Part shown: piece by piece, positions 16,571 through 28,222 of the stretch
Layout: every line of letters starts with the position of its first letter
Position numbering within the stretch: position 1 is the stretch's first letter
Assembly: GCA_016203765.1 (NCBI GenBank)
Contig: JACQMB010000148.1
Coordinates: 1-47,562 of the forward strand
Direction: 5' to 3'
From: Deltaproteobacteria bacterium
GTDB lineage: Bacteria; UBA10199; SPLOWO2-01-44-7
Length of the DNA: 47,562 nucleotides
Translations under genes and position numbers: made by a program
Notes under the pieces: model-generated
Databases searched by the model: none
Told to the model about the DNA's origin: nothing
What the model saw: only the letters and a program-made list of their open reading frames with translations

Positions 16571-17512
16571 TTAAAATTCGTCTCTAGGGGTAAAGTTGGC
16601 GTCCAAAATTTCCCCCTCCCTCGATTCCTGGCGAAACAAGATTTTGCCGGGGTAGATATCCGCAATGCGCTGTTGGACCTCCTTGATTTGCGCCTTCGGG
16701 GTGGAGGTGCCCGCGCCCAATCCTAAATTATGAACTCCATCCAGCCATTCCAGCTTGATCATGTCGGCCGAATCGACATGGTAGGTTGTGTTGGGGAGAA
16801 ATTTTTTGGCCAGTCTGGCCAGATTGGTTGTGTTGGAGGAGTTGAAGCCGCCGATAATAATCATCGCATCGACCCACTTGGCGAGCATCTCCACCGCTTC
16901 CTGCTGGTTTTTAACCGGCTTGCATCGGGTATCGACCGCCTTGAGATGGGGGTATTTGGTTTTGCGCATATAATTGACGAGGTGTTCGAATTTGTCGCGG
17001 GTGATCGTAGTCTGGCAGATCGCCACTACCTTTTCCAAATTAGCTGGAAGCTGATCAATCTCTTCTTCCGAATAAACCACATGGGTTTTTTGGCCATAGG
17101 TGCGGCTGGCGATAATTTCGGCGTGATCGGGATTGCCGACAATAACAACATGATACCCCTGGCCCTCAAAATATTCGATCTTGCTGTAAACCCACTTCAA
17201 CAGAACCGGACAGGTGGCGTCATGAAACTTGATGCCACTTTCCTTTAATTTTTCCTTGAGTTCCTTGGGATAGCCGTGCGCGGTGATGATGACCTCTTTG
17301 AGCCCCTCCCCTTTTAACTTCTCCAGGCCGGTGTATCTTTCCAGGATGGGAATCCCCTGCGCCGCCAAATCGCTCACTGTTTTGTTGTTGTGAACCAGGG
17401 GGCCAAGAATCGGCTTGCGATTTTGCTCGGCGATATCAATCGCCCCCTGCACCCCAAAGCAGGTGCCGGCCGAATGGGCCAGGATGACTTCCAATGTTTG
17501 GGCTTCGCTCAT
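16571..17512 (-). CDS. ispH: 4-hydroxy-3-methylbut-2-enyl diphosphate reductase
   Basis: GTCFGV, HDATCPVLLKW, AICQTT, GGFNSSNTTNL. 313 aa. Confidence 0.9.
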   Translation of the reverse strand: MSEAQTLEVILAHSAGTCFGVQGAIDIAEQNRKPILGPLVHNNKTVSDLAAQGIPILERYTGLEKLKGEGLKEVIITAHGYPKELKEKLKESGIKFHDATCPVLLKWVYSKIEYFEGQGYHVVIVGNPDHAEIIASRTYGQKTHVVYSEEEIDQLPANLEKVVAICQTTITRDKFEHLVNYMRKTKYPHLKAVDTRCKPVKNQQEAVEMLAKWVDAMIIIGGFNSSNTTNLARLAKKFLPNTTYHVDSADMIKLEWLDGVHNLGLGAGTSTPKAQIKEVQQRIADIYPGKILFRQESREGEILDANFTPRDEF

Positions 17513-17907
17513 GATTGCAAAAGGCAGTCGGCGAAATCCTTCAGCGAGACAATACCGATCACCTTGCGTCCCTCCACCACCGGCAGATGGCGGAATTTTT
17601 CCCTCTGCATGATTTGGAGGAGTTCCCAGGCGTTGTCGGTGGACTGCGCGACCATCACGTTGGGGGTCATCACTTCGCGGATTTTGGTTTGCGCAGGGCT
17701 TTTCTTTTTGGCGACCACGCGGCGGAGCAGGTCCCGTTCGGTGAAAATTCCGAGCAGATCCTTGATGGGGCTTAAAACAACGACCGCGCCGATATTATTT
17801 TTGTCCATCAGATCCGTCGCTTCCTGAACGGTGATCCCCGGTTCCACCGAGAGCAGTTCCTCGGTCATAATCTCCTTGGCGGCGATTTTTTTCAGGTCAT
17901 GCGGCAT
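17509..17907 (-). CDS. CBS-pair domain protein
   Basis: Two CBS repeats (GIFTERDLLRRVV...; FRHLPVVEGRKVIGIVSLKD). Confidence 0.8.
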   Translation of the reverse strand: MPHDLKKIAAKEIMTEELLSVEPGITVQEATDLMDKNNIGAVVVLSPIKDLLGIFTERDLLRRVVAKKKSPAQTKIREVMTPNVMVAQSTDNAWELLQIMQREKFRHLPVVEGRKVIGIVSLKDFADCLLQS

Positions 17908-18313
17908 ACGATTTTTGTTTTTCCAAAAAGAATTTGAAAAACTGCTTGAGGCTGACCATCCCCACCAGTTTTTTGTCCTGAAAAATGGGGATATGGCGAA
18001 AATGGTGTTCGCACATCAGTTCCAGCAGTTTGATCGCCTCGTCCTTGTCTTGCGCCTGGACAACCTTGGTCGTGATGACCTCGGCCAGCGGCGTCTTTTT
18101 GGGGTCTTTTCCCTTGGCGACCACCCGGCGAACCAGGTCCCGCTCGGTGAAGATGCCGGCCAGCCCGCCCGATTTGTCCAACACCACCACACTGCCGCGG
18201 TTGAGTTTGTCCATTTGTACGACCGCATCCGCAACGGTTTGATTTTCGCGCAATGCAATCATCTCCTGGCGCATTAAATCCCTGGCCTTGACGTCAGAAA
18301 TGGCGGGAAACAT
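17897..18313 (-). CDS. CBS-pair domain protein (tandem paralog of 17509-17907)
   Basis: GIFTERDLVRRVVAKGKDPKKT and FRHIPIFQDKKLVGMVSLKQ. Layout is nearly the same as its neighbour. Confidence 0.8.
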   Translation of the reverse strand: MFPAISDVKARDLMRQEMIALRENQTVADAVVQMDKLNRGSVVVLDKSGGLAGIFTERDLVRRVVAKGKDPKKTPLAEVITTKVVQAQDKDEAIKLLELMCEHHFRHIPIFQDKKLVGMVSLKQFFKFFLEKQKSYAA

Positions 18314-18330
18314 ACATGCCTCCTTGTTTT

Positions 18331-18364
18331 TGGTCCGTGGTCCCTAGTCCCTGGTCCGTGGTCC
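18331..18364. repeat. 13-nt direct repeat TGGTCCGTGGTCC x2 straddling the fumC stop codon
   Basis: Copies at 18331-18343 and 18352-18364, separated by CTAGTCCC. One copy encodes the fumC C-terminus and the other is intergenic. Confidence 0.6.
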
Positions 18365-19741
18365 AAGCATATTTCGCGGATTCAGCAATTTGTCCAGCTT
18401 TTTTTCGTCCAATAATTTCTTGGACTTAACGACCTCCCGAATGGTCTGGCCCGTTCGATGCGCCTCTTTGGCCGCGCGGGCGGCCTGGTCATAACCGATG
18501 ACGGGGGCCAGCGCGGTGACCATCGCCAGGCTTTGTTCCACAATCTCTTCACAATGGCCTTTGTTGGCCTTGATTCCCTGGATGCATTTTTGGACAAAAA
18601 CTTTCGCGCCATTGGCCAATAGTTCGATGGACTCCAGAAGATTGGAGGCGATCAAAGGCATCATCACATTTAACTCAAAGTTTCCTGATTGTACGCCGAT
18701 CGTGACGGCGGCGTCATTGCCGATGACTTGCGCGGCAATTTGGGTAATCGCTTCGGGGATAACCGGGTTGATTTTGCCCGGCATGATCGAAGAGCCCGGT
18801 TGCAGGCTCGGAAGCTCAATTTCACCAAAACCGCAACGGGGACCGGAGCCCATCCAGCGCAGGTCATTGGCGATTTTCATCAAGCTGACGGCGATGGTCT
18901 TTAATGACCCGCTGGCAAACAGACAGGCATCCTTGGCGCTCTGGGCTTCGAAATGATTTTTGGCCTCGCGAAATTCGATTTTGGTTTCACGGGAGAGGTA
19001 GGCGCAGACTTTTTTGGCAAAGGCCGGATGGGTGTTGAGGCCCGTTCCCACCGCCGTTCCGCCGATGGCCAGTTCAGCCAGGCCCACGAGAGCTTGATGA
19101 CAACGAAGCTGTGCTTTCGAAATTTGCTCGGCGTAGCCGCCAAATTCCTGCCCAAGCGTAATCGGTGTGGCATCCATCAGATGAGTCCTGCCGATCTTGA
19201 TAATGTTTTTAAACTCGCCCGCTTTTTTATTTAAAGCCTGCTCAAGAATTTTTAAACCTGGTATCAAACGATTTTGAATTTCCAGCGCCGCCGCCACGTG
19301 GATGGCCGTGGGAATGACATCGTTGCTTGATTGGCCCCTGTTGACATGATCGTTGGGATGGACCGGTTTTTTGCTCCCAATTTTTCCGCCCAGTTTCAAA
19401 TTGGCCAGGTTGGCGATCACCTCGTTGGCGTTCATGTTAGTGGAGGTGCCGGAACCGGTTTGAAAAATGTCGATGGGGAAATGTTGATCGTGTTTGCCCC
19501 TGGCAACTTCGGCGGCGCAATCAGCAATGGCCTTCGCCAATTTGGGATCCAATGTTCCCAGTTCTTGATTGGTTAGAGCCGCCGCCCATTTGATCAGCCC
19601 CAACGCCTGAATAAAGGGCCGGGTAAAACGCCGCCCACTAAACGGAAAATTCACCACCGCCCGTTGTGTGGAGGCGCCATAGAGCATTTCGGCGGGGATT
19701 TTGACTTCGCCCATCGAATCCGATTCGGTGCGGGATTTCAT
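18344..19741 (-). CDS. fumC: Class II fumarate hydratase
   Basis: GSSIMPGKINPV signature, GQSSNDVIPTA. 465 aa. Confidence 0.93.
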   Translation of the reverse strand: MKSRTESDSMGEVKIPAEMLYGASTQRAVVNFPFSGRRFTRPFIQALGLIKWAAALTNQELGTLDPKLAKAIADCAAEVARGKHDQHFPIDIFQTGSGTSTNMNANEVIANLANLKLGGKIGSKKPVHPNDHVNRGQSSNDVIPTAIHVAAALEIQNRLIPGLKILEQALNKKAGEFKNIIKIGRTHLMDATPITLGQEFGGYAEQISKAQLRCHQALVGLAELAIGGTAVGTGLNTHPAFAKKVCAYLSRETKIEFREAKNHFEAQSAKDACLFASGSLKTIAVSLMKIANDLRWMGSGPRCGFGEIELPSLQPGSSIMPGKINPVIPEAITQIAAQVIGNDAAVTIGVQSGNFELNVMMPLIASNLLESIELLANGAKVFVQKCIQGIKANKGHCEEIVEQSLAMVTALAPVIGYDQAARAAKEAHRTGQTIREVVKSKKLLDEKKLDKLLNPRNMLGPRTRD

Positions 19742-19791
19742 AAGGAAGCCCTTTTTAACGCGACATTAGAGGTGGTGCAATGGTAAAACTT

Positions 19792-21765
<1,974 letters not shown>

Positions 21766-21865
21766 GGCCGGGCTCCTTTCAACAAGTATCCGGTACCTTA
21801 TGAAGGGGAGACTGTCAATGCGTCGTATAACTTCCCAGCTTTTCATAGGCAACTGGAAATGGGAA

Positions 21866-21894
21866 TTGACGAAGTTTCAAAACTCCTTTATCAT
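21866..21894 (+). promoter_or_regulatory. Sigma70-like promoter TTGACG-17 nt-TATCAT, 8 nt upstream of ATG 21903 (near-leaderless)
   Basis: -35 element at 21866-21871, 17-nt spacer, -10 element at 21889-21894. There is no SD before the ATG. Confidence 0.45.
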
Positions 21895-21902
21895 AGCGGG
21901 GC

Positions 21903-22244
21903 ATGAAGAAATTGGGGCTATCTCTATTGGGGTTGTTTTTAGTCGTTGCGGCGGTTCGAGTGGTTCCTTGTTCAAAGGGGGCTTCACTTCACGCCTGTTG
22001 CGAAAAAGGCGTTCAAGCCAACATCGCCAATCCATTCACGACCTGCTGTGAGCAGGAGAGAAGTTCGACCGTCATCGCGGCGCTCAACAAAAATTTTTCA
22101 ACGGATTTTCAAGCGGCAACGGCCTTGCTTGCGGCGAATGCCGTAACGCTCGACCTTCACCGAGTCTTTCAACCGGTCCGTTTTCATTGGCCGAATCATT
22201 CAAAAAATCCTCTTTATCTTCAGCACGCGGCTCTGCTTCTGTAA
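21903..22244 (+). CDS. Small Cys-rich membrane-anchored or secreted protein preceding the cus operon
   Basis: N-terminal hydrophobic segment MKKLGLSLLGLFLVVAAV. Two CC pairs (HACCEKG, TTCCEQE). No family recognised. Confidence 0.45.
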   Translation: MKKLGLSLLGLFLVVAAVRVVPCSKGASLHACCEKGVQANIANPFTTCCEQERSSTVIAALNKNFSTDFQAATALLAANAVTLDLHRVFQPVRFHWPNHSKNPLYLQHAALLL

Positions 22245-22290
22245 TCCCTCCTAACCAAAAATAACAGTCGTCTGTCGTTTAGGAGGATTT

Positions 22291-23541
22291 ATGTCCGGTT
22301 TTTGTAAAAAAATTTTTTCACTGGCCCTTGTTCTGGCCCTTTTGGCGCCGTTCCCGCCGGCAAACGCGAGGGGGCCGCTGACTATCGAAGCGGCGGTCCA
22401 AGAGGCCCTTCAGGCCAACCCCGCTTTAATGGCGGCCGGCAAGGAGGTGGAGGCGGCCAAGGCCAGGATTCATTCGGCCCGCTCCCTCAATGATCCGATG
22501 GTGGGCGTGGAATTTGAAGAGGTCCCCGTCACCACCTCCGATATCACGCAAGGGATGATGACCAATTATGTCCTGACCCAGGACCTCCCTTTTCCAACCA
22601 AGCTGGCCGCCAAATCCAAGGCCGCCAAGAAGAACTATCTGGCGGAACAAAACAGCTACGAGGCGGAAAAAATTGATCTGATGATGGCGGTGGAGCATTC
22701 CTATCATCATCTCTATTTGTTTGAGCACTCGCTTGGGATCAATCGGGAACTGCAAGGCGTTTTCCAAAGGCTCGCCGCCGCCGAGCAGGCTAAATATCAG
22801 ACCGGCGGCAATACGTCACAGAATTTTTTAAAGGCGCGGGTGGAGGCCGAAAAACTTAAAAATGAGGAGGCCTTATTGGAGGCGGAAAGGGTCATGGCCT
22901 TGGCCCAGCTCAACCGCTTAAGAAATAAAAATCCCGGGGAGGAGGTTTCCCTGGCGGGGCTTCCCTCTTTGCACCCGGTCTCTTCCCACGACGCGCTGGA
23001 GGAGAAATTTTTTAAAAAGAATCCGGAAGTGAAGAGTGCAAAACTTCGCGCCGAGGCTTTTAAGGCCGACGCCTCCCTGGCAAAACAGGAGGCTTGGATT
23101 CCCGATCTGCAGGCCCGCTTCGCCTATAACCAGCGCTACAACCAGCAGGACGCCTGGACCGGCGGGGCGATGATCAACCTCCCCTTTGTGTGGGGAAAGA
23201 AGCGAAAAGAGGCCAGGGAGGCCAAGGCCATGGCCCAAGCCGCCCGGCACGCCTTGAGAGATGTCGAGAACGAACGGCTGGCCCGGCTGGAAGAATCCTA
23301 CGCGAGGCTGGAAAGCGCCCGGCAGTCCCACGCCATTTTTAAGGAGAAAATTTTGCCCCAGGCCCAACTGGCCCTAAAATCGAGTGAGGCTGCCTATCAG
23401 ACCGGCCAGGACGATTTTTTGAGCCTGATCGATGCCGCCAGGGAATTTAAGGAGGTAAAACTTTCTGCCTTGGAGGCCTTTGTCAACTATCACCGGGCCG
23501 TCACCGATTTAAAAGGGGCGGTCGGAGAGGAGATTTTATGA
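22291..23541 (+). CDS. cusC: TolC-family outer-membrane efflux protein (CusC/CzcC-like)
   Basis: Signal peptide, then a long helical two-repeat OEP-like sequence. Its stop overlaps the adaptor gene start. The symbol is assigned from context. Confidence 0.75.
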   Translation: MSGFCKKIFSLALVLALLAPFPPANARGPLTIEAAVQEALQANPALMAAGKEVEAAKARIHSARSLNDPMVGVEFEEVPVTTSDITQGMMTNYVLTQDLPFPTKLAAKSKAAKKNYLAEQNSYEAEKIDLMMAVEHSYHHLYLFEHSLGINRELQGVFQRLAAAEQAKYQTGGNTSQNFLKARVEAEKLKNEEALLEAERVMALAQLNRLRNKNPGEEVSLAGLPSLHPVSSHDALEEKFFKKNPEVKSAKLRAEAFKADASLAKQEAWIPDLQARFAYNQRYNQQDAWTGGAMINLPFVWGKKRKEAREAKAMAQAARHALRDVENERLARLEESYARLESARQSHAIFKEKILPQAQLALKSSEAAYQTGQDDFLSLIDAAREFKEVKLSALEAFVNYHRAVTDLKGAVGEEIL

Positions 23542-24563
23542 AAAAAATATTTTGGGTTGTTATTATTCTGGTCGGCTTGGGCGGCATTGCCTTCTGGCAA
23601 CATGAGAAGATCCCTTTTTTGCGTGGGTTTTTTCATGGCTCGATGGAAGCGATCCAATATACTTGTCCAATGCATCCCCAGGTGGTGCAGGACAAGCCGG
23701 GAAACTGTCCGATCTGCGGGATGAAACTTGTCCCGGTCGAGGTGAAGCCGGAACAACATAAACACCCGGAAAGTTCTTTTCTTTTGGCGCCGGAGCGGAG
23801 GCAGGCGATTGGGGTGCGCGCGGCTCCCGTGGAACTGAAAGAACTTAAAAGAGAGGTTCGGCTTCCGGGGCGCGCGGCCTACGATCAGGAACTCTACATC
23901 ACAGAGCAGGAATATGTGAGCGGCCTGGCCCTCGGCGTGGAATCGGATGTTTTAAAAACGATTGAAACCAAGATGATTCGTTTGGGAATTTCCGATGAGG
24001 AGCTGGCCTTGCTCAAAAAAAATAAAAAGGCGGATGATTCTTTGTTCCTCCCGGAGGCGGGGGCCCCTGTTTGGGTTTACGCGAATGTTTATGAGGCCGA
24101 TTTGTCGTGGATAGGTAAAGGGATGAGGGCCGTCATTTCCCTTCCCAAGGAGGCCGGCACCGTTTTGGAAGGAAAGGTCATGCAGGTCTCGCCGGTGATC
24201 GATCCGATGACCCGGACAGCCTCGGCGCGCATTTTGGTTCCCCAGCCGAAAATCTCTTTGAAGCCCGAGATGTACGTCAACGTCATTTTGCAAAAGGATT
24301 TGGGAAAAGTCTTGGCCGTCCCCTCCGACGCGGTAATCGAGACGGGGACAAGGCAGATCGTCTTGGTTGATTTGGGGGAGGGATACGTTGAGCCGCGGGA
24401 GGTGAATCTGGGCGTCAGGGCCGCAACGCATTTTCCCGTGCTGGAAGGATTGAAGGAGGGGGAAGTGGTCATCACCTCTGCCCATTTCCTTTTGGATTCG
24501 GAGGCCGAACTGCAGAGGGCGTTGCAACGGTTTGGAGGGATGCCGTCTGGGCATCAGCATTAA
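23538..24563 (+). CDS. cusB: RND periplasmic adaptor with an N-terminal heavy-metal-binding Cys module (CusB-like)
   Basis: YTCPMHPQVVQDKPGNCPICGMKLVP, followed by an HlyD/MFP-type barrel-sandwich sequence. Confidence 0.82.
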   Translation: MKKIFWVVIILVGLGGIAFWQHEKIPFLRGFFHGSMEAIQYTCPMHPQVVQDKPGNCPICGMKLVPVEVKPEQHKHPESSFLLAPERRQAIGVRAAPVELKELKREVRLPGRAAYDQELYITEQEYVSGLALGVESDVLKTIETKMIRLGISDEELALLKKNKKADDSLFLPEAGAPVWVYANVYEADLSWIGKGMRAVISLPKEAGTVLEGKVMQVSPVIDPMTRTASARILVPQPKISLKPEMYVNVILQKDLGKVLAVPSDAVIETGTRQIVLVDLGEGYVEPREVNLGVRAATHFPVLEGLKEGEVVITSAHFLLDSEAELQRALQRFGGMPSGHQH

Positions 24564-24564
24564 A

Positions 24565-27500
24565 ATGATCGAGCGAATTATCAAATATTGCGCGGAACAC
24601 AAAGGCCTCGTGCTGTTTTTTGCGGGCCTTGGCCTCGTTTGGAGCTTTATCTCCATTAAAACACTAAACCTCGATGCCATCCCCGATCTCTCCGACACCC
24701 AAGTGATTATCTTTACGGAGTGGACCGGAAGATCGCCGGACCTGGTCGAGGATCAGATCACCTACCCCATCATCACCAAACTGATCGCGGCGCCCAAGGT
24801 CAAGGTGGCGAGGGGCGTTTCGATGTTTGGGGAATCCTTTGTCTATGTCCTTTTTGAAGAAAGGACCGACATTTATTGGGCGCGCTCCCGCGTGTTGGAG
24901 TATTTAAGCGGGCTCTCCGGAAATTTGCCGGCAGGCGTTTCACCGACCCTCGGTCCTGATGCCACCGGTGTCGGCTGGATTTTTGAATACGCGTTGGTGG
25001 ATACCACCGGCAAACACGATCTGGCCGCCCTCCGTTCCTTTCAGGATTGGTATTTGAGGTTTTGGCTGGCCGAGGTGCCCGGCGTTGCGGAAGTCGCCGC
25101 GGTGGGCGGCTACGTCAAACAATATCAGGTGCAGATTGACCCCAACGCCCTGGCTTCTTACGGCGTCCCGCTAAAAGACGTCGTGACGGCGATTCAAAAT
25201 TCCAACAACGACGTGGGCGGGCGTCTTTTGGAGATGGCCGGCCGGGAGTATGTGATTCGAGGGCGCGGTTATATCCGGTCGCTGGAGGATATTGAAAACG
25301 TGGTCGTCAAGACGGATGCCAAGGGGACGCCGGTGCTCATCAAGAACTTGGGCGCCGTGCAATGGGGAGGAGAGTTGAGACGGGGCGCGGCGGAGTTGGA
25401 CGGTTTGGGGGTTGTGTTGGGGGGTATTGTGGTGATGCGGCACGGGGAATATCCGCTCAAGGTCATTCGCAACGTGAAGAAAAAACTGGCTGAGGTGCAG
25501 GCCTCCTTTCCGGAGGGGGTTGAATATCAAATCACCTACGATCGTTCCCAGCTCATTGTCCGTTCCATCCTAACGCTGGTCAAAAAGCTCCTTGAAGAAC
25601 TGTTCATCGTCAGTCTCGTTATCATTGTTTTTCTCTGGCATTGGCGAAGCGCCCTGGTCCCGATTGTGGCCCTGCCGGTGGCGGTCTTCTTTGCGTTCAT
25701 CCCGATGTGGCATTTTGGGGTCACCTCCAACATCATGTCGCTGGGCGGGATCGCGATTGCCATCGGGGCGATGGTCGACGCGGCGATCATCATGGTGGAG
25801 AACGCCCACAAAAAGATGGAGCAGGGGCTCGATATTATTGAGGGGGCGAGCGAGGTCGGACGGCCCATCTTTTTTTCCCTCCTCGTTATCGCCGTTTCCT
25901 TCATGCCCGTTTTTGTTTTGGAGGCGCAGGAGGGAAAGCTTTTCAAGCCGCTCGCCTTCACCAAAAACTTCGCGATGTTTTTCGCCGCGATTCTGGCGAT
26001 CACCCTGGTCCCCTTGTTGATGCGGCTGTTTCTGAAGGGGGGAAAGGTCGTCAGCGAGGAGCATCACCCCTTTACGCCCTTTTTGAGAAAACACTACGAA
26101 CGGGGCCTCGACCATGTTTTGAAACGTCCCAAAAGGACATTACAAGCCGCGCTGGCCGCCCTGGTCATCACCGTTCCCGTTTTTTGGAATTTGGGCGACG
26201 AGTTCATGCCGCCGCTCAACGAAGGTGATTTTCTTTTCATGCCGACGACTCCCCTGCCCGGCATGGCCATTGAAGAAGCCAAGCAGTGGCTACAAACCCA
26301 GGACAAGATCATCAAGCAGTTTGGCGAGGTGAAAAGCGTGTTTGGCAAGGTGGGGAGAGCCAATACCTCCACCGATCCGGCGCCGATCAACATGGTCGAG
26401 ACGCTCGTTCAGCTGAAACCGATGAAGGAGTGGAAAACCGGGCGGAGTTACGAGGAGCTCGAAAGGGATTTGTATCAGGCCCTCTCCGTTCTTCCGGGGA
26501 GCACGCATCCTTTGCTCCCCCCCATCCGGGTTCGGATTGACATGTTGACGACCGGGATTCGAACGCCGGTTGGAATCAAAATCGCCGGGACCGACACGGA
26601 AGAGATCGACCGGGTTGGGGCTGAAATCGAAACCGTTTTGCAAAATATCAAGGGGACCCGGAGCATTGTGTATGAAAGGATCAACCAGGGTTACTATATC
26701 GACTTCGACATCAAGCGGGATCAAATCGCCAGGTATGGCCTGACGATCGAGGATGTCGAGCAGGTCATTCAATTCGCCATCGGCGGCGACAAAATCACCA
26801 CGACCGTCGAGGGGAGAGAGCGTTATCCCGTCAATGTCCGCTATTTTTCGGAACTCCGCTCCGATATCGATTCTCTCAAACATGTTTTGGTTACCGCCCC
26901 TTCGGCCGCCACCCTCACCATGGAACAGATCGCCGAGATAAAAATTCTCCGCGGCCCTTCGATGGTGAGGGATGAAAACGGGATGTTGAGCGGCTGGGTT
27001 TTGGTTGATCTCAAGCCCGGTGCCGACATGACCGGTTATGTCAAGAAGGCAAGGGCGGCGATAGGGAAAGAGATGAAACTGCCGCCGGGGTACACGCTTA
27101 CCTACACCGGCCAATACGAATATCTCGAGAGGGCCAAGGGAAAACTGAAATGGGCGGTGCCATTGGCGCTCCTCATCATTATTTTGCTTTTGTATTGGAA
27201 CTCCCGCTCGTGGATTAAAACCGGGATCGTTTTGCTCGCGGTCCCATTTTCTTTGGTCGGGGCGTTCTGGATTATTTGGTTATTGGGTTACCAACTCAGC
27301 GTGGCGGTCTGGATCGGAATCATTGCGCTGGCCGGCGTGGACGCCGAGACGGGAGTGGTGATGCTGTTGTACCTTGACCTGGCCTATGAAGGGATGAAGC
27401 GGCAAGGGAGGATGAGTGACATGAAAGATTTGTTAGAGGCGATCCATCATGGCGCGGTCAAGAGGCTTCGTCCCAAACTGATGACCGCCGCCTGTTTGAT

Positions 27501-27666
27501 TTTTGGCCTCCTGCCCATTATGTGGGCGGGCGCTCATGAATCCGGCGCCGATGTGATGAAACGAATTGCCGCGCCGATGGTGGGGGGAATTTTAACGTCT
27601 TTTGCGATGGAGTTGTTTTTGTATCCGGTTATTTTTATGTTATGGAAAGGAAAGGGGGTGAAATAA
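24565..27666 (+). CDS. cusA: Heavy-metal RND transporter, CusA type (Cu/Ag)
   Basis: About 1033 aa, 12-TM RND. The three Met contexts of the E. coli CusA triad are conserved (FLFMPTTPLPG, APINMVETLVQLKP, RVRIDMLTTGIRTP). ATG 24565 lies 1 nt after the cusB stop. Confidence 0.9.
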   Translation: MIERIIKYCAEHKGLVLFFAGLGLVWSFISIKTLNLDAIPDLSDTQVIIFTEWTGRSPDLVEDQITYPIITKLIAAPKVKVARGVSMFGESFVYVLFEERTDIYWARSRVLEYLSGLSGNLPAGVSPTLGPDATGVGWIFEYALVDTTGKHDLAALRSFQDWYLRFWLAEVPGVAEVAAVGGYVKQYQVQIDPNALASYGVPLKDVVTAIQNSNNDVGGRLLEMAGREYVIRGRGYIRSLEDIENVVVKTDAKGTPVLIKNLGAVQWGGELRRGAAELDGLGVVLGGIVVMRHGEYPLKVIRNVKKKLAEVQASFPEGVEYQITYDRSQLIVRSILTLVKKLLEELFIVSLVIIVFLWHWRSALVPIVALPVAVFFAFIPMWHFGVTSNIMSLGGIAIAIGAMVDAAIIMVENAHKKMEQGLDIIEGASEVGRPIFFSLLVIAVSFMPVFVLEAQEGKLFKPLAFTKNFAMFFAAILAITLVPLLMRLFLKGGKVVSEEHHPFTPFLRKHYERGLDHVLKRPKRTLQAALAALVITVPVFWNLGDEFMPPLNEGDFLFMPTTPLPGMAIEEAKQWLQTQDKIIKQFGEVKSVFGKVGRANTSTDPAPINMVETLVQLKPMKEWKTGRSYEELERDLYQALSVLPGSTHPLLPPIRVRIDMLTTGIRTPVGIKIAGTDTEEIDRVGAEIETVLQNIKGTRSIVYERINQGYYIDFDIKRDQIARYGLTIEDVEQVIQFAIGGDKITTTVEGRERYPVNVRYFSELRSDIDSLKHVLVTAPSAATLTMEQIAEIKILRGPSMVRDENGMLSGWVLVDLKPGADMTGYVKKARAAIGKEMKLPPGYTLTYTGQYEYLERAKGKLKWAVPLALLIIILLLYWNSRSWIKTGIVLLAVPFSLVGAFWIIWLLGYQLSVAVWIGIIALAGVDAETGVVMLLYLDLAYEGMKRQGRMSDMKDLLEAIHHGAVKRLRPKLMTAACLIFGLLPIMWAGAHESGADVMKRIAAPMVGGILTSFAMELFLYPVIFMLWKGKGVK

Positions 27667-28166
27667 TGGACTGGTCGCTTTTGGGATTTAAAGGATTGTT
27701 TGAGGTCGTCAATGTGCATCCGGTCTTTGTCCACTTTCCCATCGCCCTTTTTCCTGCGACGTTGTTGTTTTATTTTATTGGGATTGTTTGGCGAAAGGAA
27801 AATCTTCTTTTTGCCGGCCGCCTCTGTTTATTTTTGACCCTGATTGCGTCGGCCATCACCGTTTGGACGGGGGAACTGGCCGAAGATAGTTTTTCGCACA
27901 GCCACGAGCTTCATCAGATCATGCTGACGCACGAAAAGATCGGGATCGGCGTGTTAATCCTGGCGGGGGTTTTATTCTTTTGGAGTTTTTTTACGTGTGA
28001 AGGACGCCCCAAAAGGCCTTGGCTATTTTTGCTTGGATTAGTCCTGGCTACACTTATGGTGTTGCAAAACGGCGATCTGGGCGGCCGGATGGTCTTTGTA
28101 AAGGGGGCGGGGGTGAAGGCGGCAGTGCCGGCAGAAGCCCTCCCCCATGAACATCATCATCACTAA
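27666..28166 (+). CDS. DUF2231-like membrane protein with a C-terminal HEHHHH tail
   Basis: Its start overlaps the cusA stop (TAATG). VHPVFVHFPIALF motif, 4 TM segments, and a His-rich end ALPHEHHHH. Confidence 0.7.
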   Translation: MDWSLLGFKGLFEVVNVHPVFVHFPIALFPATLLFYFIGIVWRKENLLFAGRLCLFLTLIASAITVWTGELAEDSFSHSHELHQIMLTHEKIGIGVLILAGVLFFWSFFTCEGRPKRPWLFLLGLVLATLMVLQNGDLGGRMVFVKGAGVKAAVPAEALPHEHHHH

Positions 28167-28222
28167 CCGTCTTTTCTTCGGATGGGATTGACGCTCTCTC
28201 CTTTTTCCCGTAGGAACGGGAT

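Noticed and set aside
21766-21852. N-terminal extensions proposed by the ORF track for acs (21852), cusA (24532), the DUF2231 gene (27642), the DUF2147 gene (43292), the acidic protein (45740) and the J-PilZ gene (34768).
   Set aside because: The internal ATGs have proper RBSs or stop-start coupling and give canonical N-termini or signal peptides. The extensions overlap upstream genes or encode non-conserved-looking sequence.
21866-21894. MerR/CueR-type metal-responsive promoter upstream of the cus operon.
   Set aside because: The spacer is 17 nt, not the 19-20 nt typical of MerR-family promoters. I see no dyad between the -35 and -10 elements.
28190-28222. Hairpin TCCCGT-AGGA-ACGGGA after the DUF2231 gene as a terminator.
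   Set aside because: No U-tract follows it, and it abuts the ATG of the aminotransferase gene. It is more likely incidental or part of a translation-initiation structure.
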